Shown here piece after piece: positions 37,646 through 47,578 of a stretch of DNA of 64,000 nucleotides. This DNA is from Microgenomates group bacterium GW2011_GWC1_46_15 (GTDB lineage: Bacteria > Patescibacteriota > Microgenomatia > UBA1400 > UBA12028). Made by a program: the position numbers and the translations under genes. The stretch spans positions 76,915 to 140,914 of the forward strand of contig LCLX01000003.1 in assembly GCA_001002285.1 (NCBI GenBank). Reading direction: 5' to 3'. The notes under the pieces are model-generated. The model made no database searches. It worked only from the letters and a program-made list of their open reading frames with translations, and was not told where the DNA came from. Positions within the stretch are counted from its first letter, which is position 1, and each line of letters opens with the position of its first letter.

Positions 37646-37890
37646 TCTCTCTAAAATATATTGCATTGATTGCCGGAGCTAGTGTTATTTTTGGAGGATG
37701 TTCACTGTTAAACCAGGTAAAAAATGTCATAAACACGACAAATACCGCGGATACGGCAACACAGGTTACCGCTTCCCCTACTCCAGTTGCCGCGTCACCA
37801 AGTACGACACAAAGCGATGATACAGGAAGCATTCAAAAAGATGTGGACTCGCTCTCTATTGAGAGTGATTTCAACACACTCGTAAAATAA
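37642..37890 (+). CDS. Putative small lipoprotein
   Basis: Signal peptide with lipobox-like ...IFGGC. 82 aa. Confidence 0.4.
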   Translation: MISLKYIALIAGASVIFGGCSLLNQVKNVINTTNTADTATQVTASPTPVAASPSTTQSDDTGSIQKDVDSLSIESDFNTLVK

Positions 37891-37907
37891 TTTGAGTGTA
37901 TTGAAGT

Positions 37908-40244
37908 TTAGAGTTTGCACTTGCTGTACCCACACTGTAGGCAGAGATTGCACCCCTCTTGATTTTGCATGAGCGCGCCGCACTCCGGACACTTTTCTCC
38001 TTCTTCGGGAATATCAAAAACATCTTCACGCAGTACTTCTTGCTTTGTGAGCGTGGAAAAATCCTTTCGCTGCGCAAGCGGTGTAACTCGGTGCTGACTC
38101 TGCATAATTTGATGTGATTTTTTTGGCGTTGAAGCCTCTGCTGGTGAAGGTGCCGCTTGGGTTTGGTGCTGAACAGAAAGAACCTGTGTTGCCTTCGATG
38201 TATCGCGGTACACCGTAATACCTTTGCACCCCAATTTCCAGGCGAGTAGGTAGGCGCCGCGGACATCCTCAAGCGTTGCGTTGGCGGGAAAGTTAATTGT
38301 TTTACTCACCGCATTATCGGTATGATCTTGAAACGCCGCCTGCATGCGCACGTGCCACTGCCAATCAATATCATGCGAGGTAACAAATACGCGTTTGAGC
38401 TCGGATGAAACGATTGTGCTGTGCTGTACTCCACCGGTTTGTGTTACTTCAGCAACAATCGCATTGAACTCACCATTACTCCCGACATGTTCTTTCAACG
38501 CTCGCTCAAAATATTTATTAATGTATGTGAGGCCAGCGGTGTCAACAACATTCTTTACGTAACTCAGCGCAAAAATCGGCTCGATGCCACTGCTACAGTC
38601 CGCCGCCATTGAAATTGTTCCCGTTGGTGCAATTGTTGTAATTGCGACGTTGCGGAACTTGCGCGGTTTCTTTTTGTGTCCATAGGTATGTGTAACCGGA
38701 TCATATCCTTTGGCAAACCAACTGTTTTTCCATTGTGGAAACGCGCCTTTTTCTTTTGCCAATTTTTCCGAAGCGCTCCACGATGATTCTTGTACGTGTT
38801 TCATGATTTTCTTTGCTAAAGCAACGCCTTCATCGGAGTTATATGGAATGTTGAGTTGAAGCAGAAGGTCGGCCCAACCCATTACACCCAACCCAATCCG
38901 CCGGTGTTGGTGCACGGTTTTTGTGATTTGCGGAAGAGGGTATGTGCACGCGTCAATCACGTTGTCTAACATACGAGTCGCGATCGCGGTAACAGTGGCT
39001 AAACGGTCCCAGTTTATGGTGGTGTGACCTGTTTTTTCGTCTTTTAGTGCAAATGCAGAAAGATTGATTGATCCGAGGTTACACGAATCAAATGAGTGCA
39101 AAGGTTGTTCGCCACAGGGATTAGTCGCATAAATCGGCCCAACAGAGTCTAACAATGGGTTGTTGCGGTTGATCACATCCCAGTAAATCATCCCAGGATC
39201 CCCCGTTCTCCACGCAAGCGATATGATCTGATCCATCAACATACGCGCCAAAATATTTTGGACTGGTTTGTTGGTACGCGGATTCACGAGTGCAAACTCT
39301 TTATCTTTTTCCACAGCACGCATAAACGCATCCGTTGTCCCAACCGAAATGTTGAAGTTGCTAATCTCCCCCTCTTCACTCTTGCACGTAATGAACTCCA
39401 AAATGTCCGGGTGATGAACGGTTAAAATACCCATGTTGGCACCGCGTTGTTTCCCACCCTGCATAACTTGGCGCGTTGCAATGTCAAACACTTTCATGAA
39501 TGAAACCGGGCCTGTAGCAAAACCGCCGGAAGATTTTGTAATCCCATCGCCTTTGGGGCGTAAGCGTGAAAAATCAAAACCCGTCCCACCACCTTTTTGA
39601 TGCACAAGTGCCGTCCACTTCACCGCATCAAAAATACCTTCCATACTGTCTTCAACTGGAAGGACAAAGCAACTTGCAAGCTGATTTTGTGGTGTTCCCG
39701 CGTTATTGAGTGTACGACCACCAGGCAGAAATTCAAATTTTGTCATGACGTCATAAAATTTTTCTTCCCAGATTTTCTTGTGCTTTTTTTCTACAGTGGC
39801 AAGTGTGTGGGCAACACGGCGGAACATTTGGCCGGGAGTTTCCATCGGCTTTCCATCCTGATCGTGAACAAGATACCGCCGTTCAATGACTTTGAGCTGA
39901 TTGATATTGAGATTGAGATCATTCTCTACTCCAATAACGGTCTCCGCTTTGCGGATTTTGGCATGTTCAGCGCGATACAAAATGTATGCTTTTGCGGTCT
40001 TAAAATGGCCAGCGGCCATGAGCACTTGCTCAACCGTATCCTGCACTTGTTCAACGGTAACCAGTTCTTTGCGGACAACAATCACTTTTTCGATAATGCC
40101 CGCGGCGATTCCCGCTAACCGTTGTGCTTCTTTGTCATCAAACTCGCCCGTTGCAATTGCTGCTTTGTGAAGCGCCAACGCGATTTTAACTTTTTCAAAC
40201 GGCATTTCGCGCCCATCGCGCTTAACGATTGTCATGGAGCTCAC
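37908..40244 (-). CDS. nrdJ: Class II (adenosylcobalamin-dependent) ribonucleotide reductase, paralog 1
   Basis: ATP-cone-like N-terminus. Radical-site loop TNPCGEQPL. C-terminal CxxC...CxxC zinc ribbon (CPECG...CLQCGYSKC). Confidence 0.85.
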   Translation of the reverse strand: MSSMTIVKRDGREMPFEKVKIALALHKAAIATGEFDDKEAQRLAGIAAGIIEKVIVVRKELVTVEQVQDTVEQVLMAAGHFKTAKAYILYRAEHAKIRKAETVIGVENDLNLNINQLKVIERRYLVHDQDGKPMETPGQMFRRVAHTLATVEKKHKKIWEEKFYDVMTKFEFLPGGRTLNNAGTPQNQLASCFVLPVEDSMEGIFDAVKWTALVHQKGGGTGFDFSRLRPKGDGITKSSGGFATGPVSFMKVFDIATRQVMQGGKQRGANMGILTVHHPDILEFITCKSEEGEISNFNISVGTTDAFMRAVEKDKEFALVNPRTNKPVQNILARMLMDQIISLAWRTGDPGMIYWDVINRNNPLLDSVGPIYATNPCGEQPLHSFDSCNLGSINLSAFALKDEKTGHTTINWDRLATVTAIATRMLDNVIDACTYPLPQITKTVHQHRRIGLGVMGWADLLLQLNIPYNSDEGVALAKKIMKHVQESSWSASEKLAKEKGAFPQWKNSWFAKGYDPVTHTYGHKKKPRKFRNVAITTIAPTGTISMAADCSSGIEPIFALSYVKNVVDTAGLTYINKYFERALKEHVGSNGEFNAIVAEVTQTGGVQHSTIVSSELKRVFVTSHDIDWQWHVRMQAAFQDHTDNAVSKTINFPANATLEDVRGAYLLAWKLGCKGITVYRDTSKATQVLSVQHQTQAAPSPAEASTPKKSHQIMQSQHRVTPLAQRKDFSTLTKQEVLREDVFDIPEEGEKCPECGALMQNQEGCNLCLQCGYSKCKL

Positions 40245-40663
40245 TTCTCTTCCTCCGGAGTGTAAAGCGGATGTCCCCCACGGGTTGCCGCTTTGATTTT
40301 GTAGTACGCACGGTCTTTTTCCTCTTTTGTAAGGTTGGGATGAAAAATTTCTTCCGGATACTTGACCGCATTCTTTGCCATCTTACGTTCAAACGCTTCC
40401 GCCATATCTATGCCAAGTTTCTGACCCAAATTGGCAAGCCACCACAATACATCGCTCATTTCCTCGCCAATCGCTTCTTTAATGCGCTGATTTTTTTCAA
40501 CATCTTCTCCTTTGAGCCATTGGAAATGTTCGAGAAGTTCGGCACTCTCCAACACCAAAGAAAGCGCGAGGTCTTTTGGATCTTCTTTTGTCCATCCGCG
40601 TTTTTTGCGGAACTTTTCAATAAGCTCTTTAACTTGGGCGATTGTTGTTGTTTGGTCAGTCAT
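40241..40663 (-). CDS. mazG: MazG-family nucleoside triphosphate pyrophosphohydrolase
   Basis: MazG EExxE/ELLEHF-type helical motifs (SLVLESAELLEHFQW). 4 bp overlap with nrdJ. Confidence 0.7.
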   Translation of the reverse strand: MTDQTTTIAQVKELIEKFRKKRGWTKEDPKDLALSLVLESAELLEHFQWLKGEDVEKNQRIKEAIGEEMSDVLWWLANLGQKLGIDMAEAFERKMAKNAVKYPEEIFHPNLTKEEKDRAYYKIKAATRGGHPLYTPEEEK

Positions 40664-40674
40664 TGTTCTCCTTT

Positions 40675-41163
40675 TTACACTGTTTTTACGTATTCATCAA
40701 TGACTTTCTTGTGATCGAATGCAATTTTTTCTGGGAGTTTATCGAAGGAAAACCACTGAATATCTTCGATCTCTTCGTCTTGCTTCTTAAGTTCTCCACT
40801 CAATCCTGTGGCAATAAAACAGTGCCCGATATTTTGGCGGCCATCAAAGTCTCTGTATATATCATCATTCAATCGGAAAAATATCATTGTTTTTGCGCGT
40901 AAACCAGTTTCTTCAAAAAGTTCCCGAGTTGCAGTTGCCGCAAGAGTTTCATCCCAATCAACATAACCACCAGGTAAAGCCCACCACCCCTTTTGCGGGT
41001 CAAGTCCACGCTTTACCATAAGAATACAACCTTGCGCATCCTGGGTAATGATTTCAACGGTACTATTTCTTACATTAAACCGCGCGCAATGTTCACAGAA
41101 CTCTCCCTTTGGAATTTTTCCCGTCGGGTAGTCTTTCCAGGTAGCGTGTGTTAAATCAGCCAT
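40675..41163 (-). CDS. NUDIX hydrolase with N-terminal Zn-ribbon-like segment
   Basis: Nudix box GGYVDWDETLAATATRELFEETG. Confidence 0.75.
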   Translation of the reverse strand: MADLTHATWKDYPTGKIPKGEFCEHCARFNVRNSTVEIITQDAQGCILMVKRGLDPQKGWWALPGGYVDWDETLAATATRELFEETGLRAKTMIFFRLNDDIYRDFDGRQNIGHCFIATGLSGELKKQDEEIEDIQWFSFDKLPEKIAFDHKKVIDEYVKTV

Positions 41164-41204
41164 AATATGTGTCTGTAATACCTAGATAAGATAAAAATTT
41201 CTTC

Positions 41205-41256
41205 GAGGAACTCAGGGCGCAGGGTCCTCTGGAGACGAAAAGAGATTTTTATCGAG
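41205..41256. repeat. Conserved hairpin-forming intergenic repeat, copy 2
   Basis: GAGGAACTCAGGGCGCAGGGTCCTCTGGAGACGAAAAGAG, about 85% identical to 30677-30727. Lies immediately 3' of nrdJ paralog 2 and 5' of the Nudix gene. Confidence 0.6.
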
Positions 41257-43500
41257 CTACATCGTGCACTTACTCCACCCGCAGTCCGGACAGCTTACAC
41301 ACCCACTTTCAAACTTCAATGAGGCAGAGGCACACTCGGGGCAGATTTGTTTTTCTCCTGATGCTGGCTTCGTTGTATGTGTGTGTATATCCGAACGCAT
41401 TGTGGCATCCTTTGAGAGTTTGCTTTCCTTCCCCGCTACATTGAGCACTTGATCCATTTTACTGCCGTCGCGGTAGATCGTAATGCCTTTAAGCCCAAGT
41501 TTCCATCCAAGCATGTACGCTTTCTTCACGTCTTCAACCGTTGCGTTGTGTGGAAAGTTGATCGTTTTACTTACTGAGTTATCAATCCACTTTTGCCACA
41601 CCGCTTGAATTTTGACGTGCCACTCGGGAGAAATATTGTGCGTGGTTGCAAATACACGCTTCGCTTCTTTGCTTAATTCTTTGACATGTTCTACGCCACC
41701 GTCCTGTAAAACTTGCTGCATAATGCGGTTACGTGTGACTTCATCAAAATTTTGCTGAAGATACTCACCAAACACTGGATCGGCGATGGTAAATTCCCGA
41801 GTCGGTGCGTTTGCATGATTATCCTCATTAAAACTGCGGCGCACTTGGACAAGTGAAAATACCGGCTCAATACCAGAACTTGTATTTGCTAACAACGAAA
41901 TTGTTCCCGTTGGGGCAACCATCATCACCGCACAGTTGCGATATCGTTCAGAAGTTCCAGCATACACCGAAACATCAAAATTGGGGAATGGGCCACGAAT
42001 TTTTCCAAGCTCCAGTGAAGCCTCTTCTGCTTTCTTCCGGATGAATTTTGCGAGATGGTCAGCAACGCGCACAGCTTCTTCACTGTTATATGGAACCCTC
42101 ATTCGATATAGTATGTGCGCAAAACCCATCACTCCTAAACCGATACGTCGGTTTCCGTCTTTCACCATCTGCCTGATTTCATCCAACGCATACGTGTTCA
42201 CTTCAATCATGTCATCCAAGAAACGGACACCAAGCTTGACCGATTTTTCGAGATCGTCCCAATCAATTTCCCAATCGCCTTTTTTGTTTTTGACAAGGTG
42301 GCGGTTGAGATCGATTGATGTTAGATTACACGATTCATAGGGCAATAATCCAATTTCTCCACAGGGATTCGTTGCATCCATAATCCCAATTGACGGGGTT
42401 GGATTGTCTTCCTGAAGACGGTCTAAAAACGCCAAACCCGGATCGCCGGTGGCCCACGCGTGTTCTGCAATCAGCTCAAAAATCTCCCTTGCCTTTATGG
42501 TCTTCCACACTTCGCCATTGCGGGGATTAAGTAAATCCCATTCTTTGTTTGCCTGCACGGCCTCCATGAACTTGTTGGACACTCCAACCGAAATATTGAA
42601 GTTTTTAATCGTGCCATCCTGATCTTTCAGTGTAATGAAATCAACAATATCGGGATGATCTGCATTCAAAATCGCGATGTTTGCCCCTTGCCGCTTTGCT
42701 CCCTGTAAAATTTGAGCAAGCGCGGCAGAAAATGCTCTCAAAAAGTCTACCGGCCCGGATGCTGCTTTCGGAATATTTTTGACTTTGTCTCCGTGCGGTC
42801 GGATTCTCGAAAAATTAAATCCTGTTCCGCCATTGTTTTTATGCACAACCGCGGCATCACCAAGTGTTTTAAAAATCTTTTGGATACTGTCTTCTATCGG
42901 CAGAACGAAACAACTGGATAACTGACCTGTTCCTCCGGGATTTCCCGCTTCAAACATCGCTTTGCCCGCGCACACAAACTTTAAGTTCGCCATGCGCTCG
43001 TAGAACTTCCTGGCTGTTTCATCAACAATACCGTTCTCCCCCCACTGAATTTCTGCCTTCGCCATGTGGCGGGCAACACGCCACAACATTTCGCCCGGTG
43101 TTTCAACAACTTTCCCGTTCATGTCGGTGCGGAGGTAGCGTTTTTTTGCAATTTCGTGCGCGGTATCGGTTAAATTCGGCTCAGTAATAGCAAGTTTTTT
43201 GTGTTTCTGTTGTTTTTTCTCACCGTACAAAATGTAGTACTTCGCGGTTGCAAAGTATCCCGCTTCGGCAATGGTTGGCTCAACAATGTCGCGGATTTGT
43301 TGAACGGTAAGCGTGTTTTCTTTTACTACCGCACGCGCGAGTTTCACTTGAACTTTTTTTGTGATTTCAGTAGCAATTTTTTTATCGTACTCCCCCGTAT
43401 CTTTTCCAGCAGCCTCAATAGACGCGGTGATCTTCTCCAGAGTAAAAGGCTTCTTTGTGCCATCCCGTTTGATGACAAACTGTATTGATGACGTTTGCAT
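41257..43500 (-). CDS. nrdJ: Class II (adenosylcobalamin-dependent) ribonucleotide reductase, paralog 2
   Basis: TNPCGEIGLLPYESCNL radical loop. ATP-cone-like N-terminus. C-terminal Zn ribbon. Confidence 0.85.
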   Translation of the reverse strand: MQTSSIQFVIKRDGTKKPFTLEKITASIEAAGKDTGEYDKKIATEITKKVQVKLARAVVKENTLTVQQIRDIVEPTIAEAGYFATAKYYILYGEKKQQKHKKLAITEPNLTDTAHEIAKKRYLRTDMNGKVVETPGEMLWRVARHMAKAEIQWGENGIVDETARKFYERMANLKFVCAGKAMFEAGNPGGTGQLSSCFVLPIEDSIQKIFKTLGDAAVVHKNNGGTGFNFSRIRPHGDKVKNIPKAASGPVDFLRAFSAALAQILQGAKRQGANIAILNADHPDIVDFITLKDQDGTIKNFNISVGVSNKFMEAVQANKEWDLLNPRNGEVWKTIKAREIFELIAEHAWATGDPGLAFLDRLQEDNPTPSIGIMDATNPCGEIGLLPYESCNLTSIDLNRHLVKNKKGDWEIDWDDLEKSVKLGVRFLDDMIEVNTYALDEIRQMVKDGNRRIGLGVMGFAHILYRMRVPYNSEEAVRVADHLAKFIRKKAEEASLELGKIRGPFPNFDVSVYAGTSERYRNCAVMMVAPTGTISLLANTSSGIEPVFSLVQVRRSFNEDNHANAPTREFTIADPVFGEYLQQNFDEVTRNRIMQQVLQDGGVEHVKELSKEAKRVFATTHNISPEWHVKIQAVWQKWIDNSVSKTINFPHNATVEDVKKAYMLGWKLGLKGITIYRDGSKMDQVLNVAGKESKLSKDATMRSDIHTHTTKPASGEKQICPECASASLKFESGCVSCPDCGWSKCTM

Positions 43501-43520
43501 AGATTTCTCGATTCTACCGA

Positions 43521-45599
43521 CTACACACTACATTTGCTATACGCACAATTGGGACACGTGAAACACCCTTCTTGAATAACAAGCGTTGTTCCACATTCCG
43601 GACACGCTTCTTCACCCGGCGCTACTTTAACCAACGGTGCGCCCACAAACGCTTCATTAGCAAATGTTTTTCCTTCTTTCTCGCGCTTCTTCTTTGTCTC
43701 ACCCGTTTCCAACACAACCTTATTACGGCTCCCCGTCACATACACTGTCATTCCCTTGAGTCCAAGCTTCCAGCCTTTGAAGTACGCCTTCCACACTTCC
43801 TCTTCTGTGGCATCGGCAGAAAAGTTAATCGTTTTTGAGATCGCGTTGTCTACAAACCGCTGGAGCGCTGCTTCCATTTCAACGTGTTCATCAACCGGCA
43901 CATCGCCCGAAACCACATACACATTGCGGATCTCTTTTGGCACCTCGTCTATGTCTTGACATGTCCCATGCTGCCGGACTTTTTCAAAAATATTCTCTTG
44001 CTGAGATTGACTCACGCCCGCGCGTTCGAGCGCCTCTTTAAATAATCCACTTTCGTAGTACAACTCACGGAAGTCCTGTCCAATTTTTTCCGCACCCTCG
44101 TGTGTGCGCATCACATAACTCAACGCAAACGCCGGCTCGCATCCATATCCTTCCAGACCGGAAATTGTTGCGATGGCACCCGTTGGTTGGATTGTGTTTT
44201 GGCAACTATTCCGTACGCCAATTTTTCTAATATCGGCCTCTAGTGATTTCCAGTCCAACTTTGGCATGTTAAATCTATGTTTGTACGGGTACAAAGACTT
44301 TGGGGGGCTCCACACTTCAATGTTTTTCGTTTTTAATACCGCAGCGTTCTGTGGACTGTAATCATATCTACTCCCTTTGATTCCAGGAAACGCGCCGCGC
44401 TCCTGCGCGAGTTGATTCGACGCGCGCAACGTATGGTACCGGATAAACTCCATGATCTGTCCCGCACAATCAATGCCTTTTCTGCTCCCATACCGCGTAC
44501 CGATTTTGTACAACACATCCGCCAAACCCATAATGGATACGCCAATGCGCCGGTTGTGTTTCGCAGCCTCTTCTAATTGAGGAACAGCCGATACATATTT
44601 ATTCGTATCTACAACGTCATCAAGCCACCGCACCGTCCATTCAACCGTTTCGCGGAGTTTTTCCCAATCAACGCTATATGCAAAAATACCTTTTTTCCCG
44701 TTTTTCACGTGTTCCGCCAAGTTAATCGAGGCCATACAGCAGTTTTCGAAAGGCAATAAAAATTGTTCGCCGCATGGGTTTGTCGCTTCCAAATCTCCCT
44801 GCGCCGGCGTTGGATTTTCTCGGTTTGCGGCATCCAAAAACAACACTCCTGGTTCGCCGTTGTGATGCGCGAACTTTACAATTTCTACAAACAACTCCCG
44901 CGCTTTTACTTTTTTCCATACTCCGCCATTTCGTGGATTAATCAACGGAAAATCTGTATTTTTCTCTACCGCGCGCATGAATGCATCGGTAATACCAACC
45001 GAGATATTAAAGTGTTCAATCACGCCTTCTTTTTCTTTGCAGTGAATAAAATCGTAAATATCCGGATGATGGACCGGTAAAACTGCCATACACGCCGACC
45101 GCCTTCCTCCACCCTGCCCAATCACCCAAAACGCGGTGTCATATACTTTCAAAAATGAAACTACGCCCGTTGCTTTGCCCTTGGACGAACCAATTGAGTC
45201 CCCCTTAGGACGGATCCGGCCAAATGAAAATCCTACTCCTCCGCCGGACTGTAAAATCAAAACGGCATTGCGTAGCGTGCTAAAAATCCCATCCTGAGCA
45301 CGGCCCATATCATCATCAATCGGGAGAACGAAACAGTTCGCGAGCTGGCCCCACCCAGTTCCCGCGTTGGCCAGTGTGCGGCCGTTGGGCATAAACCGGA
45401 ACTCACTCAACAACGACACAAACATCTTCTCGACTTTTTCTGGAGTCGTTCCATCGCGGTACGCGTGTTCTGCCTGCGCGACAACGTGGGCACACCGCGC
45501 CAAGATGTCTTCAACTTTTTCCGTTGGCTTGCCGGAGTCATCCCGCAGGGCATACCTGTTGATCATGACTTCTTGCGCGTTTGGTGTTAGTTTTTTCAT
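43521..45599 (-). CDS. nrdJ: Class II (adenosylcobalamin-dependent) ribonucleotide reductase, paralog 3
   Basis: TNPCGEQFLLPFENCCMASINL radical loop. C-terminal CPECG...CPNCAYSKC Zn ribbon. Confidence 0.85.
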   Translation of the reverse strand: MKKLTPNAQEVMINRYALRDDSGKPTEKVEDILARCAHVVAQAEHAYRDGTTPEKVEKMFVSLLSEFRFMPNGRTLANAGTGWGQLANCFVLPIDDDMGRAQDGIFSTLRNAVLILQSGGGVGFSFGRIRPKGDSIGSSKGKATGVVSFLKVYDTAFWVIGQGGGRRSACMAVLPVHHPDIYDFIHCKEKEGVIEHFNISVGITDAFMRAVEKNTDFPLINPRNGGVWKKVKARELFVEIVKFAHHNGEPGVLFLDAANRENPTPAQGDLEATNPCGEQFLLPFENCCMASINLAEHVKNGKKGIFAYSVDWEKLRETVEWTVRWLDDVVDTNKYVSAVPQLEEAAKHNRRIGVSIMGLADVLYKIGTRYGSRKGIDCAGQIMEFIRYHTLRASNQLAQERGAFPGIKGSRYDYSPQNAAVLKTKNIEVWSPPKSLYPYKHRFNMPKLDWKSLEADIRKIGVRNSCQNTIQPTGAIATISGLEGYGCEPAFALSYVMRTHEGAEKIGQDFRELYYESGLFKEALERAGVSQSQQENIFEKVRQHGTCQDIDEVPKEIRNVYVVSGDVPVDEHVEMEAALQRFVDNAISKTINFSADATEEEVWKAYFKGWKLGLKGMTVYVTGSRNKVVLETGETKKKREKEGKTFANEAFVGAPLVKVAPGEEACPECGTTLVIQEGCFTCPNCAYSKCSV

Positions 45600-46060
45600 T
45601 ATTTTTTCTGTTCATCAATCAGTTTGTGTATTTCCGCACGGAAATCTTCAATGGTTTGGAAATCCCGGTACACGCTCGCGAACAACATATACGAAACGGG
45701 ATCTATTTTACGCAAACGGTTCATCACAAGTTTGCCAATCTCCCAGCTCTTGACTTCCGTTGAGTCTTTTACCCGCAGTTTTTGCTCAATTCCGTCAATA
45801 AGGGCTTCAATTTCTTCCATGGAAATCGGCCGTTTCCACGTGGCTTTCATCAGGCCTTTTTTTACTTTTTCCCGGTCAAATGGCTCCCGCTCTCCATTTT
45901 TCTTGATGACAAAGAGGTCAATCCCCTCGGCCCGTTCATATGTTGTAAACCGTTTGCCACATTTTGTGCATTGGCGGCGGCGGCGCATACTCCGCTGGTC
46001 CGACCCAATGCGGCTTTCCAAAACAGAGGTCTCATCGTGTGTGCAGTATGGACATCGCAT
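45599..46060 (-). CDS. nrdR: Transcriptional repressor NrdR
   Basis: N-terminal Zn ribbon MRCPYCTHDETSVLESR...CTKCGKRFTTYE plus an ATP-cone. Start at MRCPYC. Confidence 0.9.
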   Translation of the reverse strand: MRCPYCTHDETSVLESRIGSDQRSMRRRRQCTKCGKRFTTYERAEGIDLFVIKKNGEREPFDREKVKKGLMKATWKRPISMEEIEALIDGIEQKLRVKDSTEVKSWEIGKLVMNRLRKIDPVSYMLFASVYRDFQTIEDFRAEIHKLIDEQKK

Positions 46061-46124
46061 ACGTGTTGCAGTCGCGGACGACATGCTCCAATAAACTAAA
46101 TCTAGTAGGCAGGGGTTCAGTGAA

Positions 46125-46170
46125 ACACTATTCGTAGTGTTGGTCAACATATCACACACTATCTGAATGT
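46125..46170. promoter_or_regulatory. Tandem NrdR boxes upstream of nrdR-nrdJ operon
   Basis: 16 bp palindrome ACACTATTCGTAGTGT (46125-46140) matches the NrdR-box consensus acaCwAtATaTwGtgt. A second degenerate box cACACTATCTGAATGT lies about 30 bp downstream (46155-46170). Confidence 0.55.
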
Positions 46171-46315
46171 ATCAGGTTTTATTTTCCAGAGTGGAATAAA
46201 ATTCCAGCAATTTTTGAGGGAATATTTTGCGTTTTGGAAGTGGTTGTGCACAACCATATATAATCGCGTACCAAAAAACACTCCAAAAAAGAGTACATTC
46301 GAGTATGTTTTGTTT

Positions 46316-46876
46316 TCATTCCCTCGAGATAAACGACTGCACAGAATTCTGCAAAGATTCCTCATATGACAAGAGTTGGTCTAAAAACACGCGGTCGGCA
46401 TCACGGTACAGTGGTTTGATCCGCAATAACGTAACGTGGTACCCCCGCAGAATACTATCCATTGCGTGAATATCGTCCGTATTGTGCGGGGCATCATTCC
46501 CTATTCCTTCTTCTATCCCAACCGCTTTTCCTACATAGATGAGTCCTTTTGCGAGCGTCGAAGACGCGAGCATCAACTCATTCCTCTCAAGAAGGGTTTG
46601 GGCTGTGTGGAATCTTGCTTTGGAGTACTCGAGATATGTCCTTTTTTTCTGCTGAGAAGAACGCGCCGTCATTAACCGCGCTCTGTCCGAAACCATACGC
46701 AACGCGTACAAAGGATTTCCAGGCAATACATCGCCTGAAAATAACTTTGCCAGTGGCTGTTGATCGTGTGCCGTTGGTTCCTGTAAAAGATCAACAGATG
46801 AAGATCTGAGAGAGAAAAAAAGAATGACAAAACCGAAAAGAAGGAATGACGCCGAAATGAGCGCGTGTTTAGTCAT
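46316..46876 (-). CDS. Hypothetical secreted/membrane-anchored helical protein
   Basis: N-terminal TM/signal. No motif. Confidence 0.3.
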   Translation of the reverse strand: MTKHALISASFLLFGFVILFFSLRSSSVDLLQEPTAHDQQPLAKLFSGDVLPGNPLYALRMVSDRARLMTARSSQQKKRTYLEYSKARFHTAQTLLERNELMLASSTLAKGLIYVGKAVGIEEGIGNDAPHNTDDIHAMDSILRGYHVTLLRIKPLYRDADRVFLDQLLSYEESLQNSVQSFISRE

Positions 46877-46897
46877 ACGAATCAGGATTATAGCGCA

Positions 46898-47578
46898 TTA
46901 CACCGCATACACGAGGAGCATAAGCCCCCACATGGCGTGCGAGATCGTTACGGCATACACACTTTTTGACCGGAAGTACAAAATCGCCTGGCCAACCGCG
47001 AACACGCCCAATAGTGCAAGGTGCTGCCACGCGATGAGACTGAACCCTGATTCAATAAACCGCAGCGGAGCGTGGAATAACAAAAATATACATAACGCGG
47101 CAAACACCGCGGGAATTTCACGTTTCCCAACCGCATCATAAAACACGTTGAGGACGTATCCAAAGAAAAACAGTGTTTCCCACCAGGCGGTCAAAAGTGC
47201 CAAGAAAAATATGTATCCAAACATGGGAGAGTTCAATACGCTATTCGATGCAACAACCCCACCCTTTGTGATCAATACTGTAATCGCCAAAAATTGATAC
47301 AACCCGCCAATCAACAACCCTAAAAACATCCCGGGCCAAAAGTGCTTGTTTGAAAGACCAAGCCGGTCTTCTCCTCTGCGGTGCGATCTGCAGTACAGCC
47401 AAACGGGAATGCCAAAAACCAGCGCTTTCGCAATGCCTTCATCTACCCATTCTGGAAAATGAAATAAAATGCGGTACAGCGCCCAAACAACAAATATTCC
47501 AAGTATCTGAAGAGTAGAGCGGGTAAAGTCGCTATGTTTTTTTGAGGGCTTGGAGGACTGCGTTGAGTGTTTCTTCAC
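46898..47578 (-). CDS. CPBP-family (CAAX-type) intramembrane metalloprotease, putative
   Basis: Polytopic. Motif-1-like WETLFFFG, motif-2-like LLFHAPLR, motif-3-like ISHAMWG. Confidence 0.5.
   Translation of the reverse strand: MKKHSTQSSKPSKKHSDFTRSTLQILGIFVVWALYRILFHFPEWVDEGIAKALVFGIPVWLYCRSHRRGEDRLGLSNKHFWPGMFLGLLIGGLYQFLAITVLITKGGVVASNSVLNSPMFGYIFFLALLTAWWETLFFFGYVLNVFYDAVGKREIPAVFAALCIFLLFHAPLRFIESGFSLIAWQHLALLGVFAVGQAILYFRSKSVYAVTISHAMWGLMLLVYAV

Noticed and set aside
37908-45599. Inteins or frameshift-split genes within the three RNR paralogs.
   Set aside because: Each ORF is continuous and of normal NrdJ length. No Hint/endonuclease motifs or internal Cys/Ser-...-His-Asn intein boundaries were seen.
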